Shown here piece after piece: positions 9,571 to 19,268 of a stretch of DNA of 64,000 nucleotides. The stretch covers positions 512,001-576,000 of the forward strand of contig CAVSHR010000012.1 in assembly GCA_963727625.1 (NCBI GenBank), in the 5' to 3' direction. The translations under genes were made by a program, and so were the position numbers. The notes under the pieces were generated by a model. It worked only from the letters and a program-made list of their open reading frames with translations. It was not told the DNA's origin and did no database searches. Positions within the stretch are counted from its first letter, which is position 1. Every line of letters starts with the position of its first letter. This DNA is from an uncultured delta proteobacterium (lineage in GTDB: Bacteria; Desulfobacterota; Binatia; UBA9968).

Positions 9571-12270
9571 CTATTTCGTCGGCTGGGCCTTCGCTGTCAC
9601 TGCTGCCGCCGCGGGCGCGGAAACACCGCGGCCAATACTCATTAAATAATCCCGCAGCGCTTCGATTTGTAAATCTTCCTTGCCCCCGAGAATATCGTCA
9701 GGACCGCCGGGATAAAATGACGGCATTTTGGTCCCCGGTTGAACCTTTTGCGGGTCCTTCAACCACTTGATGATCCAGTTGGGATTGAGTCGCTGGCGCG
9801 CTAGGGTCAGATCCGGAGCCCAACCGTCCACGGATCCCTCCGGCTTTTTGTCACCTTGTTGATGACAACTGAAACAATTGAAATAATCTTTGGACACCAA
9901 TTGCCGCGCTGCCTCTAAATTCTCTCTTGGGACTTTTGAGTCGTCGAAATAGGTGTAAGGAATCTGGACTTTCGACAGCCCGGTGAAGAAATCAACCAAC
10001 TTGGCGTCCTCCTGATCGGAAAAACCAAACGTAGGCATGCGGAGCTTGAGCCACGGACGGATGGGGACAGGGGATTTGAGGAAGCTAAACAGCCAGGGGG
10101 GTTGGGCCTTCTCCCCTTCGCCGTTAAGTACCGGCGGCGCAAGGGTCGGGCGCTCTTGATAGTATTTTCGGATGAATCCTCCTTGGCCTTCGATTTCGTG
10201 GCAGCCGATACAGTTGTACTGGTGCATGAGTCGGCGTCCCTCGACGACTTGCATTGTCCGACTGCTATGGTCGGCCAAATAGCGCGACGGAATTTTTCTA
10301 TCGCGGAACCCAGCGAGAACAACACGCAAAGCCTTGATATCCGCGTCCGTCAAGTCGAATTGCGGCATCAACTGCTCGACACGCTCAGTCGCATAAGTTC
10401 GCGGAGTTTTTAGTTTGTTGTAAGTCCAATCATCCCAGGTTTCCGGGATATCGGTGTGGTTGCCGAAGAAAAGCTCTTCGAGTGATTTACCCCCAAAAGT
10501 CGTGAGTTCAACTCCGATGCGGGATTCCTTTTCCATTCCCGGAATATCGTGGCAACCGAAACAACCGTATTTACGGACGAGGGATTCACCGCGCGAAATA
10601 TTTTTAGTGTCTTGGAGCCGCCCTTCGAGATTGGCGATCGGCGCAGCTTTGGCTCCGAGGGTCGACAAATAAGCGGTGATAGCGAGAGCCTCCTGGTCCG
10701 TCAGTCGAAGACTAGGCATGCGGGTTTCGGCGTTATATCCTCGGGGATTCTTAATCCAGTTGTAAATCCACTGCGGACTCACCTTGGCGGCGATATTGTG
10801 GAGATTGGGAACTATATCCTTCCCTTGACCTAAGACCGTAGAAAATTCGCCATCGGCAAAACCGTGGCATCCCTTGCAACCGATAGTCTCTGTCAGTTCT
10901 TTGCCCTGCGCGATCAGACTCGTATCACCCTCACGAACGCCGGTGGGGGCGGGATGATCGGCGAGCCATTTTTCGCTCTCTTGTTTCGAATTCGACCAGA
11001 GATACGACGCGATGGCGACCGCTTCATCTTCTTTGAAAGCAAAATTCGGCATCCGCGTGCGTGGACGGAAAAGATGAGGATTTTCGATCCAACGGACCAT
11101 CCAATTGGGGTCAACCTTAGCGCTAATACGCCGCAGGCTAGGGCCGATTTTGGGAATGTCTTCGTATCCCTTGACGAGGTGACAACCGGTACAGCCAACC
11201 TGTTCGAACAAACGTTGCCCTTGCGCCATTAGCGGCGCATCCTTGAGTGGTTGCACGTCCAAGTGACAAGACACGCAGTTGCTCTGCACCTTGGCGCCGC
11301 GCAGAAGCGGCTCCTCCCAATACGGCACTTCACCGTGCGCCTGTTTGACACTGTTTACAGCCGGCCCTTGGCCCTCGTGACAAGAGGTACAGCCAAACTT
11401 ATCCGGCGCATGGGCATTATCGGCGAGCAAAACTTTCCGGTTCGGGTGAGTGCGAAAAGGCTGCGGTTCGTTCTCAAAGCCGGGCCGGTTAATGGCGAGG
11501 TGACAGGATTGACAACGGTCTACCCGCGCCACAGGCTCGTTGAAGTTGTTGCGGTCAAACTCGGGGAGCACTACCTGTTTAATGCTAGGAATCTTACTGA
11601 AGGAAAAAAGCTTGAACTCGCCGATTTTAACCGACGAGGTGGCATTTTCCATGACGCGGAGCCACTTGTCGCGTTCCGCCGTTATCTTTGTGAGTTGGGT
11701 TTCGAGATCTTTAACTCCGCTGTTGAGCTTCTCGATTTCGCCTTTGAGTTGATCGCGCTTTGTCCTCGCCTCTTCGAAGGGTTTATCTAATTTCTCCTTC
11801 TCTACATTGAGCTCATCGATCCTTGCCAAAGCCGGCTTCGGATTCCCCCCTGTCTGAACTGCGTAGTCGTGATCGTACCATGCCTCCTCGAGCTCACTCT
11901 TGAGATTTTTGATCTGCTGATCAATCTCGTTGAATCGAACTTTAGCACTCGTCTCGCTTCGAGTCAGGGCGTCAATCTTGTTTCTCAGCTCCCCTTTGGC
12001 GAGGCTACGCCGTGCCGCCTCGAGTTTCTTAACGAGATCTTGATACGCCGGATCGGCCTGAAGTTTCTTGTCTTCTTCGTCGTAGGCTGCCTGGGATTTC
12101 TGGTAATCAAGGTGATAGAATTGCGCTTGGTACTGTTTCCATGGACGCCGCGTAAAGTTGTCATCCCAATAAGCCCAAAGGGTAACAACCACGAGAATGG
12201 CGCTACCCAATACGAAAGCACTACCGTAGGATTTCTTCTCTTCGCGATCGTCTATTCCTCTAACCGCCAT
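9571..12270 (-). CDS. Membrane-anchored octaheme cytochrome c of Rieske/cytb complex
   Basis: 8 CxxCH (CQSCH, CTSCH, CVSCH, CTGCH, CKGCH, CFGCH, CIGCH, CFSCH), N-terminal TM helix and coiled coil. Confidence 0.9.
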   Translation of the reverse strand: MAVRGIDDREEKKSYGSAFVLGSAILVVVTLWAYWDDNFTRRPWKQYQAQFYHLDYQKSQAAYDEEDKKLQADPAYQDLVKKLEAARRSLAKGELRNKIDALTRSETSAKVRFNEIDQQIKNLKSELEEAWYDHDYAVQTGGNPKPALARIDELNVEKEKLDKPFEEARTKRDQLKGEIEKLNSGVKDLETQLTKITAERDKWLRVMENATSSVKIGEFKLFSFSKIPSIKQVVLPEFDRNNFNEPVARVDRCQSCHLAINRPGFENEPQPFRTHPNRKVLLADNAHAPDKFGCTSCHEGQGPAVNSVKQAHGEVPYWEEPLLRGAKVQSNCVSCHLDVQPLKDAPLMAQGQRLFEQVGCTGCHLVKGYEDIPKIGPSLRRISAKVDPNWMVRWIENPHLFRPRTRMPNFAFKEDEAVAIASYLWSNSKQESEKWLADHPAPTGVREGDTSLIAQGKELTETIGCKGCHGFADGEFSTVLGQGKDIVPNLHNIAAKVSPQWIYNWIKNPRGYNAETRMPSLRLTDQEALAITAYLSTLGAKAAPIANLEGRLQDTKNISRGESLVRKYGCFGCHDIPGMEKESRIGVELTTFGGKSLEELFFGNHTDIPETWDDWTYNKLKTPRTYATERVEQLMPQFDLTDADIKALRVVLAGFRDRKIPSRYLADHSSRTMQVVEGRRLMHQYNCIGCHEIEGQGGFIRKYYQERPTLAPPVLNGEGEKAQPPWLFSFLKSPVPIRPWLKLRMPTFGFSDQEDAKLVDFFTGLSKVQIPYTYFDDSKVPRENLEAARQLVSKDYFNCFSCHQQGDKKPEGSVDGWAPDLTLARQRLNPNWIIKWLKDPQKVQPGTKMPSFYPGGPDDILGGKEDLQIEALRDYLMSIGRGVSAPAAAAVTAKAQPTK

Positions 12271-12286
12271 CCGCGCCCTCTCAAAC

Positions 12287-12448
12287 TCATTTATTTTCCA
12301 GCGTCCGACCCAGCGAAAAGATCCCGAAGCCGATCAAGGTTAACACGATCTCCTCCGCCATCGACGCGTGTTGGATGATGCCGACGTAAACAGCGTAACC
12401 CACGTCCGCAATACCCAAAGCTTCAAAGAACTTAGCGACATAGAACAT
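12287..12448 (-). CDS. 53-aa two-helix membrane protein absent from ORF track
   Basis: MFYVAKFFEALGIADVGYAVYVGIIQHASMAEEIVLTLIGFGIFSLGRTLENK; ATG overlaps the subunit IV stop (TGATG) and the ORF fills the operon gap. Confidence 0.7.
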   Translation of the reverse strand: MFYVAKFFEALGIADVGYAVYVGIIQHASMAEEIVLTLIGFGIFSLGRTLENK

Positions 12449-13221
12449 CAGATGTTAATCCAAGGCGTCACCAAGATGTATTTCACATTGAAGGCAAGCC
12501 GCAGAAACATCTTACAGGGAAGAGCTAACATCGTGACAACCAGAAAGGCCGTGATACTGAAGCGTGCCATCCCCCATCTATCTAAAAATTCCCTCCCCTT
12601 GACGCGCAAGATCCAGAAATAGAAGGAGGTAATCGCAACCACGAAGTAGCCGAAGACAACAACTAACCCAAATACCGCAGACCAGAAGTAATCCCTGAAA
12701 CCGAGTAAGTACGGCAGATCTACGTTGGTAAGCGCAACCACTTTATGCGGATCCCATCGCTGCCACGGCCAAAAGAGATTCCAGCCCGGGCCGCGAAAAA
12801 ATGTTCCGATCAGGATCATCGAGACCCACAGGACATGGAAACCCAGAAAAAAAGTCAGAATCTCATACTTTCTGTCTTTGAAGCAGTAATACCCGTTGCC
12901 TTTAGGATTAATATCGATAAAAGGGATCACCATAAGTCCCACGATGATGAGGCTGGGCATAACTACACCCGCGTTCCACGGATCGAAATAAACCAGCATC
13001 TCTTGCAAGCCAAGAAAGTACCACGGCGCCTTTGACGGGTTCGGCGTGCGCGTAGGGTTTGCCGGGGACTCCAGAGGTGCGTCGATCAGTAACGCCCAGA
13101 GCGTGAGGACGACCAGAACAAACAGCGCACAGAGAAACTCATTGCGTGTTAGATGAGGCCAGGTATGGATTTTATCGTCGACCTGTAAAGGTTTCTTCTT
13201 TTCTTGAGTGACCTCAGCCAT
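12448..13221 (-). CDS. Cytochrome b6 subunit IV-like (C-terminal part of split cyt b)
   Basis: WPHL, PANPTRTPNPSKAPWYFLGLQE, PFID; several TM helices. Confidence 0.88.
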   Translation of the reverse strand: MAEVTQEKKKPLQVDDKIHTWPHLTRNEFLCALFVLVVLTLWALLIDAPLESPANPTRTPNPSKAPWYFLGLQEMLVYFDPWNAGVVMPSLIIVGLMVIPFIDINPKGNGYYCFKDRKYEILTFFLGFHVLWVSMILIGTFFRGPGWNLFWPWQRWDPHKVVALTNVDLPYLLGFRDYFWSAVFGLVVVFGYFVVAITSFYFWILRVKGREFLDRWGMARFSITAFLVVTMLALPCKMFLRLAFNVKYILVTPWINI

Positions 13222-13262
13222 CTTGATCCTCTTAACTCGTCAATCTTCGAATTGGTTTTTTT

Positions 13263-14033
13263 TTATAGAGAGGGACCGGAGAAGCCGTCTCTGCGGATGC
13301 GCCAGAAATGCACTGCCATGAGAATACTAGCGACCATGGGAATGAAAATACAATGGAGGATATAGAAACGCAGGAGTGTGTGCGGCCCAATTTCCCCTCC
13401 GCCAAACAGAAATGCCCTTGCATCGTAAATAGGATTAGCCCCGACAAACTCGGCGAACGGGCCCTCATTACCAAGCAAGGGAGTCGCCCGTGCCATGTTC
13501 GAGCCGACCGTTACTGCCCAAATGGAAAGCTGGTCCCAAGGCAACAGATAACCTGTAAAGCTCAATAGAAGCGTAAAAACCAGCAGAAGCACGCCGACGA
13601 TCCAGTTGAACTCGCGCGGCGGTTTATAAGAGCCGGTTAGAAAGACCCGGAACATATGCAGCCAGACGAAGACAATCATCGCATGGGCCGCCCAACGATG
13701 CATGTTGCGCATCAGCATGCCGAAAGGCATATCGAATTCGAGATATTTCATATCGGCGTATGCGTACTCCGCGACGGGGCGGTAGTAGAACATGAGATAG
13801 ATCCCGGTTATCACCGTCATCAGAAACATAAAGAACGTGAGCCCCCCCATGCACCAGGTAAATCGCATTCTGACAGCATGGCGCCTAACCTTAGCGGGAT
13901 GAAGGTGGAGAAAAACGTTGGACGTCACCATCATGACGCGGTTACGCGGTGTGTCCTCGTAGCCGTGGCGAAAGATCGCCTTCCAGACATGGCTTTCGAC
14001 AATATCGTTCTTGATCTTATCCAAAAGGTTCAT
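13263..14033 (-). CDS. Cytochrome b6-like (N-terminal part of split cyt b)
   Basis: WCMGG, RNMHRWAAH, WLHMFRVF, PREFNW, GYLLPWDQ, FYILH, VHFW. Confidence 0.93.
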   Translation of the reverse strand: MNLLDKIKNDIVESHVWKAIFRHGYEDTPRNRVMMVTSNVFLHLHPAKVRRHAVRMRFTWCMGGLTFFMFLMTVITGIYLMFYYRPVAEYAYADMKYLEFDMPFGMLMRNMHRWAAHAMIVFVWLHMFRVFLTGSYKPPREFNWIVGVLLLVFTLLLSFTGYLLPWDQLSIWAVTVGSNMARATPLLGNEGPFAEFVGANPIYDARAFLFGGGEIGPHTLLRFYILHCIFIPMVASILMAVHFWRIRRDGFSGPSL

Positions 14034-14044
14034 GATCTTATCCG

Positions 14045-14566
14045 TTAGACTTTTAGGATGCTCCCAGGATATTGCTCATCCGGCTCCGTTCCCGGAGCCA
14101 TTTTAAAAACTTTGCTCTTATCCACGACCAATTGGCCATCTTCGCCGATTTCAACTTCAAACCGGTCCATTGGCCTTGGCGCAGGGCCCTCAAAATTGAG
14201 TCCGCTTTTATAATAGCCGCTGCCGTGACAGGGACACTTAAATTTTTCCTCGGTGGCGAGCCAGCGCGGAGTGCAGCCCAGGTGAGTGCATTTCGCAAAA
14301 ATAGCGTAAATCCCCGCATTCTCCCGGATGATCCAGACTCGCTCGTCCTGCTTGTATTTTTCGCTGACTTCACCTATCGCGTAATCGGAAGGAACCCCGG
14401 CTTTAAAAGTCGAAGGAGGCTGGAACAACACGCGCGGAAAAGCCGAGCGGAGAAATCCCAAAAGGCTCAACCCGCCGAAGATGCCAAATCCGCCCCAACC
14501 CAACCGAGTAAAAAAATCTCTGCGCGACCAGATTCCGCGTTTTTCCTTCTTCTCCCGTTCAGCCAT
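14045..14566 (-). CDS. Rieske iron-sulfur subunit
   Basis: Tat motif SRRDFF, CTHLGC and CPCHGS, GPAPRPM. Confidence 0.95.
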   Translation of the reverse strand: MAEREKKEKRGIWSRRDFFTRLGWGGFGIFGGLSLLGFLRSAFPRVLFQPPSTFKAGVPSDYAIGEVSEKYKQDERVWIIRENAGIYAIFAKCTHLGCTPRWLATEEKFKCPCHGSGYYKSGLNFEGPAPRPMDRFEVEIGEDGQLVVDKSKVFKMAPGTEPDEQYPGSILKV

Positions 14567-14573
14567 ATCCGAC

Positions 14574-14921
14574 CTATCCTTTAATCCAGCTGATCATGGC
14601 GCCCCAAACTATAAAAATCACGCCGCCGAGCATTAAAACCAAACCGACGGGCCCAAAAATGAAAGATAGTCCCGCTCCTAAAACAAATATTAATACACCG
14701 GTCCCCAGCGGGTTGAACGGTGCCGTAGTTGATCCTGCCTTGCTCGTCTCCGCATCAGCTTTATGAATAAATTCCTCGCGGATAAGGGCGAACGCCAGCT
14801 CTTTGAGATCCTCGCGCCGCTCAGAGTCGACGCCTTGAATCAGCCGGCCAAGCTCTTGAGCTAACCTTTCGATCTCTTGTTCACGCGCTTCGGGCGCAAG
14901 ATTGGCAGGATCTGATGTCAC
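14574..14921 (-). CDS. Hypothetical membrane protein, first gene of the Rieske operon
   Basis: 115 aa, two C-terminal hydrophobic helices, stop 7 nt before Rieske start. Confidence 0.6.
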   Translation of the reverse strand: MTSDPANLAPEAREQEIERLAQELGRLIQGVDSERREDLKELAFALIREEFIHKADAETSKAGSTTAPFNPLGTGVLIFVLGAGLSFIFGPVGLVLMLGGVIFIVWGAMISWIKG

Positions 14922-14986
14922 CTGAGATTAGAGTTGTTGATTATTATAGAATTTTTTCTTTGTCAACCAATTGCCTAAAACTTCGC

Positions 14987-15469
14987 TTAGCGGCTCAACA
15001 AGACGACCGCGGTGACCGCAATCCCCTTCCCGGCTCCAGCCCATCCGAGTCTTTCCGTAGTCGTCGACTTGATGTTAATCCGGCTTTCAACGATCTTGCA
15101 CAGGCCCGCCACGCTCTTCCGCATGCGCTCGTAATGGGGCGACAACTTCGGCTGCTGCGCCACTACGGTAACATCGGCATTGACGAGTTGGAAACGCTTG
15201 CGGCGCATCCTCCCCAGCACGATAAGCAAAAGCTTGGCGCTGGCAATGTCTTTATAACGGCGGTCGCTGTCGGGAAAGTGCGAACCGATGTCACCGTCGC
15301 CCAGCGCGCCGAGAATCGCATTGATCAGCGCATGCAGCACCGCGTCGGCGTCGGAATGGCCGGCCAGGCCGCGATCATGCGGAACCTCCACGCCGGCTAA
15401 AATGAGTTTTCGCCCGCGGCGCAGGCGATGCACGTCGAATCCGTGTCCGATGCGAAACTCTTTGGCCAT
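14987..15469 (-). CDS. ispF: 2-C-methyl-D-erythritol 2,4-cyclodiphosphate synthase
   Basis: RIGHGFDVH, GHSDADAVLHA, GDIGSHFPD, INIKSTTTE. Confidence 0.96.
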   Translation of the reverse strand: MAKEFRIGHGFDVHRLRRGRKLILAGVEVPHDRGLAGHSDADAVLHALINAILGALGDGDIGSHFPDSDRRYKDIASAKLLLIVLGRMRRKRFQLVNADVTVVAQQPKLSPHYERMRKSVAGLCKIVESRINIKSTTTERLGWAGAGKGIAVTAVVLLSR

Positions 15470-15625
15470 GACCCGAAAACTTGTCCCCAGCTGTTTCCGC
15501 ATAATCACCCGAACCAACGCAACATTCAACTGCGCGGCAAAACGGGGATCGCAATGAAGCGACGGACTGCGGGCTTCTGGTGTTGATTGGCGCCCTGGGC
15601 TATAATTCCCAACAAGTCAAAACCC

Positions 15626-16372
15626 ATGCGATCGCGAATGTTTTTGCTCTTCTTGTTGCTATTTTTCGCGTTGCCTCTGTACATGGTCCTGTCCGGACAA
15701 GCACCGTTGAACCGCGACTTCCGCACGGCTGACCGCTCCAGCGCCGAAATCGCGCCACGCGCCGAGGCGACTCCGGAAGCCGTGGTGCAGGTGTATTACG
15801 CACGCGCGCTCAATTGGCGCGGCATCTTCGGCGTCCATACCTGGATCGCAACCAAACCCGAGAACACCGCCGCCTATACTGTTCATCAAGTGATCGGTTG
15901 GCGCCTGATTCGCGGCTTGCCCGCGGTGGTCTCGACACCGGGCACACCCGACGCTCGCTGGTTCGGCAATGAACCGACGCTGATCGCCGACTTACGAGGC
16001 AGCGAGGCTGAGCAGGCGATTCCGAAGATTCTTGACGCCGTGGCGAGCTATCCTTATCCCGACGAGTACAAAGTCTGGCCGGGCCCGAACAGCAATACGT
16101 TTATAGCTTATATCGGACGCCAAGTGCCCGAGCTGCGGATGGACCTCCCGGCAACGGCGATCGGCAAGGATTATCCGATCAACGGTTCGCTGGTCGATCG
16201 CACTCCGAGCGGCACCGGCTATCAAATCAACATGCTCGGCGTCTTGGGCGTGAGCGTGGCGCGAGAAGAGGGCTTTGAATTGAACTTACTTGGTTTAAAT
16301 TTCGGTGTCGATTTCTCTAAGCCTGCGCTTAAGTTGCCTTTTATCGGCCGAATCGGCATCGGCGAACGCTGA
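15626..16372 (+). CDS. DUF3750 domain protein
   Basis: WRGIFGVHTWIATK, WFGNEP, YPYPDEYKVWPGPNSNTF, AIGKDY. Confidence 0.8.
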   Translation: MRSRMFLLFLLLFFALPLYMVLSGQAPLNRDFRTADRSSAEIAPRAEATPEAVVQVYYARALNWRGIFGVHTWIATKPENTAAYTVHQVIGWRLIRGLPAVVSTPGTPDARWFGNEPTLIADLRGSEAEQAIPKILDAVASYPYPDEYKVWPGPNSNTFIAYIGRQVPELRMDLPATAIGKDYPINGSLVDRTPSGTGYQINMLGVLGVSVAREEGFELNLLGLNFGVDFSKPALKLPFIGRIGIGER

Positions 16373-16411
16373 ATATTATTCTTTTAGTGCTATCCCGCTC
16401 AGATTTTGCGA

Positions 16412-17695
16412 ATGGCGAAACGCCCATCTTCTGCGATCCTTTACCGGGCCTTGGTTTTTTTGGCGACCGCCTGGACGCTGACGTCCTGGCTTTTCCTCCT
16501 CGACAACAATCTTTTTTCCCATCGTGAAAGATTTCAGGAATCTGATTTTATCATGACTTTCTACGTCGCCGGTCATCTAGTGGCGCACGACCGGTCCACC
16601 GAGCTTTACCCCCAAGCCGACCTGCAATCGTTCGCAGGCACGCCGTTTGACAAGGCCGCTCACGCACTTTTGCCCCATCTTCCGAAAAACATCACCGGCG
16701 CGTATATGAACATCCCGCTCGTCGCCGCTTTTTTTGCACCGTTTAGCCATCTCGATCCTAACTTGGCGCTGTTTCTCTGGCAGGCGTTGTCCGTTCTGGC
16801 GTTGTGCCTGTGTAGTTTTATGTTGTCCCGGACCACCGGGACGAAAGCCAGCGAATTGTTTTTTTTGTCGTTTACGTACCTTCCGGTCTTTTTAACTTTG
16901 TGGGCCGGACAGCTCGGTCTAGTGTTCGGACTGTTGCCGTTATGTTTCGGCTATTTGCTTCTGCTCAAGCAAATGCCGTTAGCCGCCGGCCTGGTTTGGT
17001 CTTTGCTTATTTTGAAACCTCAGTATCTCCTTGTGGGTGCCTTTGTCGCGCTGGTGAGTGCCTTGCTCCAACATTACCGAATGCTGATCGGTCTAGTCTT
17101 AGGCATCGTCTCCCTCATGGCTCTGACGATTGCGATGTTTTCACTTCCGGTAACGTTTCAATGGCTCGCGAGCCACCGCGTAAGCGACGCCTATTTCTTT
17201 GCTGGACTGCAAGTCATCCCCGCCCATTTATTGACCGGGTTACCCGCCAATATTTTGGTTCTGCTTCCAGTTGATCAGCGCAGTAGCCTAAAGTTGCCAC
17301 TCTATTCGGGCGCCGCCGCGATGTGGCTTTTCGGCATTTGGTTCTGTTCCCTATTTAATAAACCTCGCTTGGAAGCTCCAACGCAAATCTCAATCACATT
17401 CGTGACTGGACTCATCCTCGCCTCCCTTACATCGCCGCACCTACTTTACTACGACCTATGCGTGCTTTTACCCGCGGGAACTCTTTTAATTGCAAAACAA
17501 GGACCCTTTGCGCGGCAAATAAGTTCTCGCTTCGTCGCGGTGAGCGGATGGATAATCGTCAGCGCGTTTTTGCCCATCTTGCTCGCGTTCACCGAACAAA
17601 AAATCCTACCGCTTATCCTGGAATTGAACTTGCTGGCGCTGTTCGTCGTGTTGCTATTGCAGTGGAATCAGATTCGAACGTCCGTGCGCGCGTAG
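16412..17695 (+). CDS. Glycosyltransferase family 87 (DUF2029) membrane protein
   Basis: DF..FY.AG, GQL, LKPQ, PHLLYYDL; multi-TM. Confidence 0.75.
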   Translation: MAKRPSSAILYRALVFLATAWTLTSWLFLLDNNLFSHRERFQESDFIMTFYVAGHLVAHDRSTELYPQADLQSFAGTPFDKAAHALLPHLPKNITGAYMNIPLVAAFFAPFSHLDPNLALFLWQALSVLALCLCSFMLSRTTGTKASELFFLSFTYLPVFLTLWAGQLGLVFGLLPLCFGYLLLLKQMPLAAGLVWSLLILKPQYLLVGAFVALVSALLQHYRMLIGLVLGIVSLMALTIAMFSLPVTFQWLASHRVSDAYFFAGLQVIPAHLLTGLPANILVLLPVDQRSSLKLPLYSGAAAMWLFGIWFCSLFNKPRLEAPTQISITFVTGLILASLTSPHLLYYDLCVLLPAGTLLIAKQGPFARQISSRFVAVSGWIIVSAFLPILLAFTEQKILPLILELNLLALFVVLLLQWNQIRTSVRA

Positions 17696-17758
17696 TGCGA
17701 TGAAAATCGCGTGTTCTCAGTCCGAGACGGGGGGTCTCCGGCTGGGCATATTGACGAA

Positions 17759-19213
17759 TTAATCAATTGAACCCCGGCCCGTCGGCCAAAGGCTAATAAC
17801 GGCGCCAGCGATGGCGATCGCCGCGGCAATCCAATAAGCGAAGCGGTAACCTTGCAAAAACGCCGCTAGAACCGGCGCGCCGGAGCCGGCGCCGAGTTCC
17901 TGTAGCGATGTTTTGCCGGTGGAGGTTAACAGGAAAAAACTGACGATACTGGTCGCCAGCGTCGCACCGATCGAATAGCCGAGGCTGCGCACGATCGACA
18001 AAACCGAAGAGCCAACGCCCAAGCGGTGGCGCGGCACCGAGCTCATCAGCAAGTTATTGTTCGGCGTCTGAAAAATTCCCATGCCGATGCCGAGCAACGC
18101 CAATCCAAAGATGATTTGGAACGCACTGGCGCCGGGCGCAAGAAAGCTCAGAAACAGCAACGCGATCCCGTTGACGCCGAGCCCGAGGGCGCAGAGGAAC
18201 TGCGGTGCGAAGCGTTCCGACAGCCAACCAGTGAGCGGCGCCAACAGCGCCATGGCGAAGGGCGTCGGCGCTACCAAGAACCCGGCGCGCAACGGGTCCA
18301 AGCCCATCGCGAGCTGCAGAAAAAACGGCATCAATAAATTACTGATGCTCATGATGATGAAGCTGAACCACCTGGCGATATTCCCGATCGTGAAAGCCGC
18401 GATGCGAAATATTTTCAAGTCGAGCAAAGGAAAATTTGCGCGCTTCTCCCATCGAATAAAAAAGCTGAGTGCTCCGGTGCCGGCTAACGCCATCACGCCG
18501 ACGACGGGGTCTAACCATCGGCCTTTCTGCGCCAGGGTCAAGGCGAACAAGAGCGCCGAGATGCCCACGGCGAATGTGGCCGCGCCGGTGAGATCGAACG
18601 GCTCTTTTTTATCCCCGGTGCCTTTGAAGCTCTCTTGCGGGAGAAGCATGCGTGCCGCGACAAAACCCGCTAGGGCGAGGAGTCCGGATAAATAAAAATT
18701 GGAGCGCCAGCCCAGAGAGTAAGTCAGCAGGCCGCCGAGCACGGGTCCTAACGTATATCCAAGAGCCGAAACCGTGCCACCGGCGATACCCATCGCCCGA
18801 CCGCGCTCCTCCATAGGAAACAATGCTGTGACCAAAGCGAAGTTATTGGCCATAATCAACGCGCTGCCCGCGGCTTGCAGGGCGCGAAAGCAAACGAGTT
18901 GGCCCGCGCTCTGCGAGTTGCCGGCTGCGAACGAGCTGATTGAATACAACGCAAAACCGGCGAGAAATAAGTTTCCCACGCCGAGCAGATCGGACAATCT
19001 GCCGCAAGGGAGATAAAGCGACGCCGTGATGAGGGCGTATGCCAGCGCGATCCAGCTCGCCAGCGTCAGGTCTGCGTTCAAGTCTTTGACAATCAGCGGC
19101 AACGCGATACTCAGCTGTCCCGAGTCGGCGGTGACAATCAACGTCGCTAGCGACGCGACCAGCAGAGACCACCAGCGGTTGCGCGGCGGAGAAGTCAGGT
19201 TCTGTGCGGCCAT
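17759..19213 (-). CDS. MFS transporter, DHA2 (14-TM) family
   Basis: GRLSDLLG, RALQAAG, ERGRAMG, GPVLGGLL, FQTPNN. Confidence 0.9.
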   Translation of the reverse strand: MAAQNLTSPPRNRWWSLLVASLATLIVTADSGQLSIALPLIVKDLNADLTLASWIALAYALITASLYLPCGRLSDLLGVGNLFLAGFALYSISSFAAGNSQSAGQLVCFRALQAAGSALIMANNFALVTALFPMEERGRAMGIAGGTVSALGYTLGPVLGGLLTYSLGWRSNFYLSGLLALAGFVAARMLLPQESFKGTGDKKEPFDLTGAATFAVGISALLFALTLAQKGRWLDPVVGVMALAGTGALSFFIRWEKRANFPLLDLKIFRIAAFTIGNIARWFSFIIMSISNLLMPFFLQLAMGLDPLRAGFLVAPTPFAMALLAPLTGWLSERFAPQFLCALGLGVNGIALLFLSFLAPGASAFQIIFGLALLGIGMGIFQTPNNNLLMSSVPRHRLGVGSSVLSIVRSLGYSIGATLATSIVSFFLLTSTGKTSLQELGAGSGAPVLAAFLQGYRFAYWIAAAIAIAGAVISLWPTGRGSID

Positions 19214-19268
19214 GGAGAATTTGGAAGAATAAGGAACGATGCGAGTCGAACCTAAAAGCCCGGCGCAA

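Noticed and set aside
14933-14968. Sigma70 promoter TTGACA...TATAAT or FNR box upstream of the Rieske operon
   Set aside because: Spacer is only 12 nt and the palindrome spacing does not fit FNR; probably regulatory but cannot be assigned.
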